From an uncultured Sulfurovum sp. (GTDB taxonomy: Bacteria; Campylobacterota; Campylobacteria; Campylobacterales; Sulfurovaceae): DNA of 64,000 nucleotides. The stretch covers positions 4,707-68,706 of the forward strand of contig CAMZLC010000058.1 in the NCBI GenBank assembly GCA_947311605.1. The letters are read 5' to 3'. Every line of letters begins with the position of its first letter. Positions within the stretch are counted from its first letter, which is position 1. The position numbers and the translations under genes are program-made. Of the stretch, positions 8,117 to 16,142 are shown piece by piece. Under the pieces are notes generated by a model, which did no database searches, was not told the DNA's origin, and saw only the letters and a program-made list of their open reading frames with translations.

Positions 8117-10498
8117 TTACACCCTGGAAAACCTGGGTAACAACAGTCCGGCTAATACATAAATAGCAAAGGCAATCATCAAGGTATTAAAGAAACCAAT
8201 ATAAATTGCTAGAACAATACTACACACACCTCCTAAAACAGTAAACAAACCATTTATGGCCCAGGCCCATCCGACAGCTCCTTTTCCATTCTTGTGGGAG
8301 CCTGCGATTCCAATGGCAAACGGCATGCCCATAAAAAATCCGAGTGGAGCTATCATGACAAACGCTGCCAACATCCTCAGCATAAAGGACCATTGAAGAA
8401 AATAATCAAGAAGAGACTCCTTAAATAACAATAAAATCACTCCATAAACAGGTATGGCTATATACGGAACAAATCTGGCAAGCTTTTTAGTATGCAGTTT
8501 CGTAATATCAGTAAAATAACTACCAACTCCAGCCGAAAGAAGAAAAGCAAAAACCACCGTCACATACGTGTATAGCGGGAACCCTACCAATTTATGAAGA
8601 AGTTGAACGAAAATAAGCTCTATTGCTATAAACCCTGCCCCCAAACAGGCAAAATATCCAATAAAGGCGGTTTTTCCTTCCCAGGGAGCACGTCCAACTT
8701 TTGAAAACAGTAATGGCCCGAACAGACAAACAATAGCAATCACCAATGCAGAACCGGCAGACACTATCAAATGAATAACATCCATAGGTAACCCGTGTTT
8801 AATAGAATCATTTAACAGGACTTTTATTGAAGTGTCAACATAAGGCTCATCTATGGAAACTGCTTTAAAACGTTTCCGCATATGGTTAAAAAATGGTTTA
8901 TCATCAGTTGGAACATCAATCCGATATGGAATTGAAGCAACAAGCTCTTTAGAAAGAGTACCGGTAAAAAACTGTTTATCCAGTTTTGAGTGCTCAACAT
9001 CCATGGGGTTATGAATTCTTATAAACCCATCACCATCCATTAAATCATGAACACGATCAACTTCTTCCTGTGTCCAAGGTTGCATTTTAATTAGAAGTGT
9101 CGGAAGATTATACCATTTGTTAGCATAATAAACGAGGACATGGTTTTCAAAATTCTTTCTCCCGGATTCTTTCCAGGCACGCGCTGCAGTAAGAACCATT
9201 TTGGGATAAATATGATGATTAATATGCAAAACACCATTTTCAGAGAGATGTGAGAAATACTCCTTGTACGCATCAGTGGTTTGAAGGTAATTGGGAGAGA
9301 CGGCACCTGATCCAGAGGCGATACTTGATGTGGTATGGTTGGACATCATCTGAATGATGTCATACTTCTTGTTACTTGATCGCAGAAAACTTCGACCTTC
9401 ACCACGTACTGCATTCACCTTGGGGTTATCATACGGCTCAACAGCATATTTTTCTTTTCCAAGGGCAATGACAGCCCCAACCATTTCAACTGCATCAACA
9501 CTATTGGCACCAAACGCAATAGCACCTTTTGTTTCCTGGCCCCCGGCAGCACCTATGATTAAAACATCTGGTTTTGTCCCTTCTTTTAACCAATGAGAGG
9601 CATACACAAATTTATCCCAAAACTGGTCACGGGATTTCTCAGGCAATGATTCGCGCAATTTCTTGTAATCACCATCAAAAGTATAAAAGTAACTGGTTTG
9701 GGTTCCACCGTCATATGCAATCCAAACATATTCTTTACGATATTGAATAAGATCAATTCGTGAAATAGTATCCCAACGAGTCAGAATATGACCGTCCTGC
9801 AAAGTTCTGAATCCACGCTTATCCATATGATAGGCAATTTCAAGGTAGTCATCTCCCCTGGAAACCAAAAAACCGGCCAGCCCTGTGGAACAGACAAGCG
9901 CCAATATAACTAGGATTTTTGAACGACTGATGAGGCAAATACCAAGAAGTGAAAGAGCGGAAGCCACAAACAGCATTCCGGGTCCGCCAACTGATGGAAT
10001 CAACAAAGGGACAAGAAGGCAGCCAATGGAAGCACCAACCAAATCCCAAAAGTAAAGCTTTCCAAACTTATCAGCATACCTGGTAAAGAGGATTGAGAGA
10101 ATCAGGCCGCCAAGGAAAAATGGAACGACAAGACCGGAAAATACCAGTAATACCTTTGCCCCCAGATAGGCAACACTGCTAAAGGTATCAAAGTCAACGT
10201 GAAATCTATTGAGAAAGAAGAACATTCCACTATAACTGAGTGCAAGAGCAACGGTCAGGATAATTAGAGTCGTATTGGAAAAAAGTTTCTTCTGTTCAGC
10301 AAGAACTGATGTAACAACCCCTGAAATACCAAAACCGAGCAGAGCAAGGGTAATAACCATGTAGGCAAAATGGGGATACCAGAGAACATCCAGGATTCGA
10401 ATCAGAGAGAGTTCATAAAAAAGTGTGGATAATGCAATAATAGAAATATACCCAAGTATTCGGTATGACATTCTATCGTTTCCAATAAATGCAGACAT
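8117..10498 (-). CDS. Polytopic membrane protein with an embedded spermidine-synthase-like (class I Rossmann) domain
   Basis: About 7 hydrophobic helices, then a soluble domain with VLIIGAAGGQETKGA...VDAVEM...YDIIQM, then about 7 more helices. Strong GGAGGA Shine-Dalgarno 6 nt before the ATG at 10498. Confidence 0.7.
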   Translation of the reverse strand: MSAFIGNDRMSYRILGYISIIALSTLFYELSLIRILDVLWYPHFAYMVITLALLGFGISGVVTSVLAEQKKLFSNTTLIILTVALALSYSGMFFFLNRFHVDFDTFSSVAYLGAKVLLVFSGLVVPFFLGGLILSILFTRYADKFGKLYFWDLVGASIGCLLVPLLIPSVGGPGMLFVASALSLLGICLISRSKILVILALVCSTGLAGFLVSRGDDYLEIAYHMDKRGFRTLQDGHILTRWDTISRIDLIQYRKEYVWIAYDGGTQTSYFYTFDGDYKKLRESLPEKSRDQFWDKFVYASHWLKEGTKPDVLIIGAAGGQETKGAIAFGANSVDAVEMVGAVIALGKEKYAVEPYDNPKVNAVRGEGRSFLRSSNKKYDIIQMMSNHTTSSIASGSGAVSPNYLQTTDAYKEYFSHLSENGVLHINHHIYPKMVLTAARAWKESGRKNFENHVLVYYANKWYNLPTLLIKMQPWTQEEVDRVHDLMDGDGFIRIHNPMDVEHSKLDKQFFTGTLSKELVASIPYRIDVPTDDKPFFNHMRKRFKAVSIDEPYVDTSIKVLLNDSIKHGLPMDVIHLIVSAGSALVIAIVCLFGPLLFSKVGRAPWEGKTAFIGYFACLGAGFIAIELIFVQLLHKLVGFPLYTYVTVVFAFLLSAGVGSYFTDITKLHTKKLARFVPYIAIPVYGVILLLFKESLLDYFLQWSFMLRMLAAFVMIAPLGFFMGMPFAIGIAGSHKNGKGAVGWAWAINGLFTVLGGVCSIVLAIYIGFFNTLMIAFAIYVLAGLLLPRFSRV

Positions 10499-10534
10499 TC
10501 AATCCTCCAGTTTATCTACGTACGGTCTTTATTA

Positions 10535-10621
10535 TCATTTTACTTTGTGTTTATAAAAGGCCGTACGATAAGTTTTTTCAAACCAACGGTCAACAACTAT
10601 TCTTATGGGAGCTAAAAGCAT
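10535..10621 (-). pseudogene. Relic fragment of a paralogue of the adjacent 10811..12664 membrane-protein gene
   Basis: Plus-strand 10566..10606 matches 11196..11236 at 36/41 nt. The minus-strand reading MLLAPIRIVVDRWFEKTYRTAFYKHKVK parallels KIIVVDRWFEKIYRSTFGMYGY of the intact gene and then terminates. Confidence 0.5.
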
Positions 10622-10722
10622 ATGAGCCTACCAACAGTAAAAAAACAAAACTATTCTCATATAATTAAACACTTAAGTAGTGGCTTATTGTCACGGGGTA
10701 AGGTTTAAATTATCCCCTGACC

Positions 10723-10759
10723 ATTATTTTCTAACAATTCTGCAGAGTTTGGGCAAAAG
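10723..10759 (-). promoter_or_regulatory. Conserved 37-nt intergenic element, copy B (promoter-like)
   Basis: 33/37 identical to 4163..4199. On the minus strand, TTGTTA (10732-10737) plus a 17-nt spacer plus GATAAT (10709-10714). Located 51 nt after the stop at 10811 and ~225 nt before the start at 10498. Confidence 0.45.
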
Positions 10760-10810
10760 GGTATTTTCGGACAAACTCCTGGAAATATTCTGTAAAATAA
10801 GCACTTATTA

Positions 10811-12664
10811 TTACATCGTCGGCAGTTGACGCAATGCGACAAAAACAAAGGAATAAACCGACAATAGAAACATTGCAGTTAACAATAATTTATACAGAGC
10901 ATTCTGCATCAAGTCACGAAAATGAAAAAGAATTACACTGGTCATTGGAAAAATGGGAAATAGATATCTCCCCTGGGTCTGAAAATCCATAGTCCAGGCA
11001 TGATATAAGGATGCTGCCACCAACGCTCCGGCCCCTCCAAGAAAAATAATGAACAGCAATTTTCCTGGAATCCCCCCTCGAAAGAGTACTGCCAAAAACA
11101 AAAGTGCAAAGAGTGCCACTCCGACAGGGCGGAGACTATTATAATATGCTTCAGTCCCTGCAGCAGTGAAATACCCATACATTCCAAAAGTACTTCGATA
11201 AATTTTTTCAAACCAACGATCAACGACTATTATTTTCCCGAGAGTATCACCCCTGGCCCTTCGATAAAGAAAAGAATGTTGTTTTTCAAGGGGAGTGGAT
11301 GGCTTGTAAAGGGGATCTGCAAGTTCTTCTCGTATAAGTTCAAGTTTTTCGTTACGGTCCCAACCATTTACGACATAATCTGCACTCAGCCGAACACTAG
11401 CAAAACTTATCCCGATGAGAATAACTACAGTAATTCTTTTTAAATATTGTTTTCGTACACTCTGTTCAACCTGAAATAGTGCTTTCCAAAGCACATACCC
11501 AACTATAAACGCAGTAAAGAAAATGTAGTTTTTCTTCAACAAAAACAGTAAGCTGAACAAAATTCCGAGCAGTAACACAACGAATACATTTTTCTTCTCT
11601 CTTGTTTCCAAAAGAAACTTGTTGAGCAACGAATCAGGCAGAGCGACCTGACAACTGACAAGAAAAGAAACAAAAAGGGCAAAGGCATCCGAGTTACAAT
11701 AACTGAAAACGTACCAAATCTGTGGGGAAATGAGAAGAGGGGCAGCCATTATCCGTGCAGTCGGAATCTTTAGAAGATACAGTAATAGTCCCCCGAAGAG
11801 TAACACATTGAACATGCGAAGACTTATGAGGTCAGTCAACTTAAAATTTGAAAGAAACTGCGCAAATTTACCAATGAAAAAATATGCAACTTCCGGGCTA
11901 TTCAGGCGGGAAACCCCATAAACACTATATGTATGATGTATTGCAGGATTGTCAACCACAGGAGGTAACCAATTGCTTTTATAATACTCACCACCATCTA
12001 AGTGCACGTATTCATCGGGATGCACATTTTCTTTAGTGATGGCAGCCATAACAACAATCAGAGATAATGATGCGGCAAAGAAAAGTGGTATAAATGTTGT
12101 TTCGTGCCTGTAATCTTCTGTTAGGAAGAAAAAGAGGAAAACAGCACAAAAAATGAAACCGAGCTGGGTAGTTATATCCCCAATTCTGGATTCTCCTTTT
12201 TCAAGAACCAGCTGTAACTGCAGCTGTGGATCAATTCCTGTTGACTCTATTGTTAATCCTTTATCTTCCGCAAGAAAAGTCCCAATTTGGAACAAGGGTG
12301 TTAAGGAAGAAAAATCTTTTCGCGTTCGGTATTCCAGAGATTGATACCCTTTTTGACTGATTTTTATTTTTCTGACAACAGCCCTTCCCTTGTAGTCATG
12401 GGTATCAATTCTCAGTCTATCGACACCGCGCAGGTCAGTAGCATAAAAATGATACTTTTGCTGCTTTGGATTCATACGAATCCGAACTTCTCTCCACCTG
12501 CTATACGGTTCACCGTCAGCTGCCCAAAATAGAGTAAACCATGATGTTTGTGTAACAGTAGCATCAAGTTCAACGTAGGCACGATTCTCAAATAAATTAA
12601 GGTAGAATACAGAAAGAACCACTCCTACAAACAGAGGAAATTTCCATTTTATATAGAATTGCAT
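10811..12664 (-). CDS. Polytopic membrane protein, GT-C-like (DUF2142-type?), with an N-terminal beta-rich domain
   Basis: One N-terminal TM, a ~150-aa soluble domain (VDRLRIDTHDYKGRAVV), then more than 10 TM helices with a PDEYVH loop motif reminiscent of GT-C enzymes. The longest ORF begins at TTG 12685. ATG at 12664 (MQFYIKWKF) follows AAGG and is preferred. Confidence 0.55.
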   Translation of the reverse strand: MQFYIKWKFPLFVGVVLSVFYLNLFENRAYVELDATVTQTSWFTLFWAADGEPYSRWREVRIRMNPKQQKYHFYATDLRGVDRLRIDTHDYKGRAVVRKIKISQKGYQSLEYRTRKDFSSLTPLFQIGTFLAEDKGLTIESTGIDPQLQLQLVLEKGESRIGDITTQLGFIFCAVFLFFFLTEDYRHETTFIPLFFAASLSLIVVMAAITKENVHPDEYVHLDGGEYYKSNWLPPVVDNPAIHHTYSVYGVSRLNSPEVAYFFIGKFAQFLSNFKLTDLISLRMFNVLLFGGLLLYLLKIPTARIMAAPLLISPQIWYVFSYCNSDAFALFVSFLVSCQVALPDSLLNKFLLETREKKNVFVVLLLGILFSLLFLLKKNYIFFTAFIVGYVLWKALFQVEQSVRKQYLKRITVVILIGISFASVRLSADYVVNGWDRNEKLELIREELADPLYKPSTPLEKQHSFLYRRARGDTLGKIIVVDRWFEKIYRSTFGMYGYFTAAGTEAYYNSLRPVGVALFALLFLAVLFRGGIPGKLLFIIFLGGAGALVAASLYHAWTMDFQTQGRYLFPIFPMTSVILFHFRDLMQNALYKLLLTAMFLLSVYSFVFVALRQLPTM

Positions 12665-12669
12665 ACCTT

Positions 12670-12840
12670 TCACAAATCGACACAAAACTCAGCAGGGGCG
12701 AGGTTCTGAAACACACTTACGCTTAAGACAACCTGCATCAGCAAGTCCTGCTCAATCGTGTGACTAACTATTAATTTAAAACCGGTAACATCATACTGGT
12801 TCGCTCGTATTACAAGATCAGTAAAATCAGATACAGACAT
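12670..12840 (-). CDS. Candidate small protein (56 aa), below the ORF-track size cut-off
   Basis: ATG overlaps the TAA of the 79-aa ORF (TAATG), and its TGA lies 5 nt before the ATG at 12664, so it exactly fills the gap between two genes. Translation: MSVSDFTDLVIRANQYDVTGFKLIVSHTIEQDLLMQVVLSVSVFQNLAPAEFCVDL. I recognise no homology. Confidence 0.35.
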   Translation of the reverse strand: MSVSDFTDLVIRANQYDVTGFKLIVSHTIEQDLLMQVVLSVSVFQNLAPAEFCVDL

Positions 12841-13079
12841 TATTTGAGCCGTTCTTTCAGCCTGTATAATCTGGCCATTTGTGGCTCAAAACGGGTAACA
12901 AACCAAAAGATGGGTCGTCCCAAATAATGGGTTATAGTAAAGATGAGTAAACATTTAAACCCAGCACCTCCCCGGTACATTCCCATGGGAATAAATCGGC
13001 TTAGCAGATAATGACCAAATACACGACCTGTCGGGTTAGAAGTAAGGTCAAATCCATCGTTCATGATTTTTTTTGCCAT
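12840..13079 (-). CDS. Small hypothetical protein (79 aa), probably membrane-associated
   Basis: ORF in the operon orientation, 12 nt after the stop of the upstream gene. Hydrophobic segment FKCLLIFTITHYLGRPIFWFV. No confident family assignment. Confidence 0.45.
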   Translation of the reverse strand: MAKKIMNDGFDLTSNPTGRVFGHYLLSRFIPMGMYRGGAGFKCLLIFTITHYLGRPIFWFVTRFEPQMARLYRLKERLK

Positions 13080-13091
13080 TATTGGTTTTCC

Positions 13092-15149
13092 TTATTCATT
13101 TAGCCGATCTCTCATGTGCCGAAGGAACTTCCGGATCCTTAAAAAAGGACTGCAGTAAAGTGCAAAGGAAGAACGATTCCAGAGTGAATCCATGACCTGA
13201 GCCTGGCCTTTTGGAACTTTTTTTGTGCCATGGAAATCATCGAGATGATGTTTGTGCCTGATATTGCAAATTTCTCTGGTTTTGGGAAAAGCCAGCTTGC
13301 TCACCATCAAATAGTTCAGCCATGGTCTATAGTCATCAATTGAGTAACCAAGGAGTGCTGAAGCACTTCCATACGCAGGGGCTGAAGCAAAAATTCCCTG
13401 TTGTAATGGAGCATAATTCTCATCCTGTTTCTTTTCTGCCCGCCCCGTCTCATCATCTGTTTGCCTGAAAAGGAGTTCATAACCACCATCACCCTTCAAA
13501 GCATATCCGTTTAATGTGGGATGAGGTGCCCTGCAGGCTTCCTCAAATAAATCTCTCGAGTACATGATAGTCGATGCAGCAAAATCAAAACGATATTTAT
13601 CGTAAATGATACCTTCAAAATGATTTTCGCTTGTTGTGGGGTACGGAATTCCACGAGTAACACCAAATAAAAAACCGTGGCAGACAGGTGCATCTTCACG
13701 GTGACAAATAGCCTCGTAAAGGAAACGTTGAATTGTCCCAAGCCAGCCAATATCAACCAAGGCAATATCTTTATGTTCAAAAAATCCAATATCTTCGAGA
13801 TAGAGCTGTAAAGCATCATTTGCCGGACGAGTTTGACACTTAACCTCATCCTGAAACTTCTCGTCTTCAAGCAACTCTATGAAACGAACACTATTTTCCT
13901 GGAGATAACCTTCGTGTACTGGACTAAGCACAGTATTTGCGGTGAGTTCATGTCGGTTTAAATGAGGAGAAAATGGCTCAGGGTTAAGGGAAAAAATTCT
14001 ACAAACATCAAGAAAATTAGAGTTCCCATGGGGGAGAAAAACAATATCAGCCTTCGCCTGACTAAGTCCTTTGTAGGCACAACTGGCGCCAGCTAAAGCC
14101 ATTCGACTCACATAAAGATACTCTATTTCAGGTAATTGTTTACCTGGAAATATCCTTGGGATACTCTGTTCCCAATAATTTTTAAAAGTCCACCCTTCAC
14201 GAGAAAGAAAAAATACCTTCCCAATCTTAAGGTTTCTACTTTTTTCGGCAATATCCTGAACGAATGCACCAATCATTGGCCCAAGAAAACTGTAACCTTC
14301 TATATACAGGTCGTCTCTTTCTCTGTTTTCATATTCAAGGGGTTGCATCAGTTGTTGCAAAGCCCTTCCCCGCCAAAATGGGCGGCCAGCACCGTAATTC
14401 ACAAGGCGTCTGATAACTGATTTACGCCTTTTTTCAGAGGCATCGTGAAGCACAAGTGCCTGAATTCCAAATTCCAAAGGTCGCAAACCGTCTGAAACAG
14501 GGTTATCGCCCACATGTAACCAGCGTGCTGGATCTAAATCATACTCTTTTTGAATAAGTGGAAAAGCATTCCCTGAGGCTTTGGCAAGAAATGTATCTGC
14601 AGAGGAAATAACAGCATCAACAAGATCCAGAAAACCGGCATGTTTGACAAAACGCTCCAGATATATTGCGGGAAGATAAATATCAGAAATAATGAGTACT
14701 TTCTTTCCAAGTTGTCGAAGTTCTTTCAGCCAGTCAATAAATTCCCCACGGGGAACCAGCATGGAATTTTCCATGGCCACTTCGTAATCTGCCACTCTGT
14801 CAAATAATGCCTCATCCGCTTCATCACCAAAAATTTCAGCAAGCATCTCCTTCATATAGTTAGGATAACAGGCTTCATGGTCATCAAATGTCTCAGCAGT
14901 TTTCTGTCGGTGACGAGCTTCAATACCATCCCGAAGTTTTTGTACCTGATCCTGGCTCCACTCAAGTCCTTTTGTTGCCGCAAGATCAGAGATATAACGG
15001 GCAACAGGAAGTTTAACTAAGTCCGGATCGTGAATGCGTCGAATGAGGAGTGTATCAAAAAGATCAAAAGTAACAGTGTCGACTTTTGGAGCGATTTCCT
15101 TTCCTTTTCTGATAAGAGCCGGAAGAGAATAATATTTGGGAATATTCAT
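13092..15149 (-). CDS. HAD-superfamily hydrolase domain fused to a ~430-aa uncharacterised C-terminal domain
   Basis: HAD motif I FDLFDTLL, motif-III/IV-like HVGDNPVSDG. The ATG overlaps the upstream stop (ATGA). The C-terminal two thirds have no motif I can place. Confidence 0.6.
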   Translation of the reverse strand: MNIPKYYSLPALIRKGKEIAPKVDTVTFDLFDTLLIRRIHDPDLVKLPVARYISDLAATKGLEWSQDQVQKLRDGIEARHRQKTAETFDDHEACYPNYMKEMLAEIFGDEADEALFDRVADYEVAMENSMLVPRGEFIDWLKELRQLGKKVLIISDIYLPAIYLERFVKHAGFLDLVDAVISSADTFLAKASGNAFPLIQKEYDLDPARWLHVGDNPVSDGLRPLEFGIQALVLHDASEKRRKSVIRRLVNYGAGRPFWRGRALQQLMQPLEYENRERDDLYIEGYSFLGPMIGAFVQDIAEKSRNLKIGKVFFLSREGWTFKNYWEQSIPRIFPGKQLPEIEYLYVSRMALAGASCAYKGLSQAKADIVFLPHGNSNFLDVCRIFSLNPEPFSPHLNRHELTANTVLSPVHEGYLQENSVRFIELLEDEKFQDEVKCQTRPANDALQLYLEDIGFFEHKDIALVDIGWLGTIQRFLYEAICHREDAPVCHGFLFGVTRGIPYPTTSENHFEGIIYDKYRFDFAASTIMYSRDLFEEACRAPHPTLNGYALKGDGGYELLFRQTDDETGRAEKKQDENYAPLQQGIFASAPAYGSASALLGYSIDDYRPWLNYLMVSKLAFPKTREICNIRHKHHLDDFHGTKKVPKGQAQVMDSLWNRSSFALYCSPFLRIRKFLRHMRDRLNE

Positions 15150-16051
15150 GATTGCAGTTTCTTTCCAATCTTATACTTCAAAGCAGATAAAAACCTGGCC
15201 CAGGCTTCTCTGACACTTGGCTCTTCTCCGGTTGCGATGGTATGACGTACATCATTGAGTTCCTGCTGCAACTCAACAAGACGTTCAGAGCCGGCCTCCA
15301 CATAAGTGGTAAATTCATCGGGTATCTTGGCAAGCAGATATTTTCGAATGATATCTTGATCCTGCTCTCGGCCTGTGATTGCTGCCTCACCCAGGGTATT
15401 GCCATCATGTATACGATAGTACATAAGTTTTTCATCATCCAGATAATGAACCTGTGAGGGAAAGGCCAACAGCATCCGGAATATAAAATCGTAATCGTGC
15501 AAATATCTTAAGGAACAAAAGTTACCCACTTTCTCAACCGCCACACGACTCATAAACAGGTTAGAAGTGGTAACCATAAAATTCCCTTTAAGAAAGGCCG
15601 TATAAAGATTACCTGTTTTTTTATGAAAATCACGGTTCTTTTGGTGCCAGATATTCCAGCCAAAATTCGGGTCAGTAAATTCTTCTCCACTATCTGAAAT
15701 GGGGATAACATCACTAAATAAACATTGTGCGCCCGTCTCCTGCTGTTTATCTAGCAGTCTCTGAAAACGATCAAGCGAGTAAATATCATCTGAATTTAAG
15801 ATGGATATGAACTCGCCTTCAGCCAGGCCCATACCACGATTTATGGTATTAAAGGCATCCTGATTTTCCTGATAAAAATAACGGATCCTTGAGTCGGAAT
15901 ATCCTTTGATCACATCGGCCGTCTTATCAGTAGAACCGTCATCAACAATGATCAGCTCAAAATCCTGAAAGCTTTGATTCAAGACACTATCAATGGCGGG
16001 ACCAATGAATTTTTCATGATTATATGCAGGAATGACAACAGAAATCTTCAC
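15146..16051 (-). CDS. Family 2 glycosyltransferase (GT-A)
   Basis: ISVVIPAYNHEKFI...SVLNQSFQDFELIIVDDGSTD...ILNSDD. GTG start. Paralogue of 22116..23207. Confidence 0.85.
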   Translation of the reverse strand: MKISVVIPAYNHEKFIGPAIDSVLNQSFQDFELIIVDDGSTDKTADVIKGYSDSRIRYFYQENQDAFNTINRGMGLAEGEFISILNSDDIYSLDRFQRLLDKQQETGAQCLFSDVIPISDSGEEFTDPNFGWNIWHQKNRDFHKKTGNLYTAFLKGNFMVTTSNLFMSRVAVEKVGNFCSLRYLHDYDFIFRMLLAFPSQVHYLDDEKLMYYRIHDGNTLGEAAITGREQDQDIIRKYLLAKIPDEFTTYVEAGSERLVELQQELNDVRHTIATGEEPSVREAWARFLSALKYKIGKKLQS

Positions 16052-16142
16052 ACTATATCCAAAGAGTTAAATACACAAATATGCCCGATACTGTTAAAAA
16101 AAAGATACAATACTGCAAAGGGATTGAATCCACAAGTTTTCC

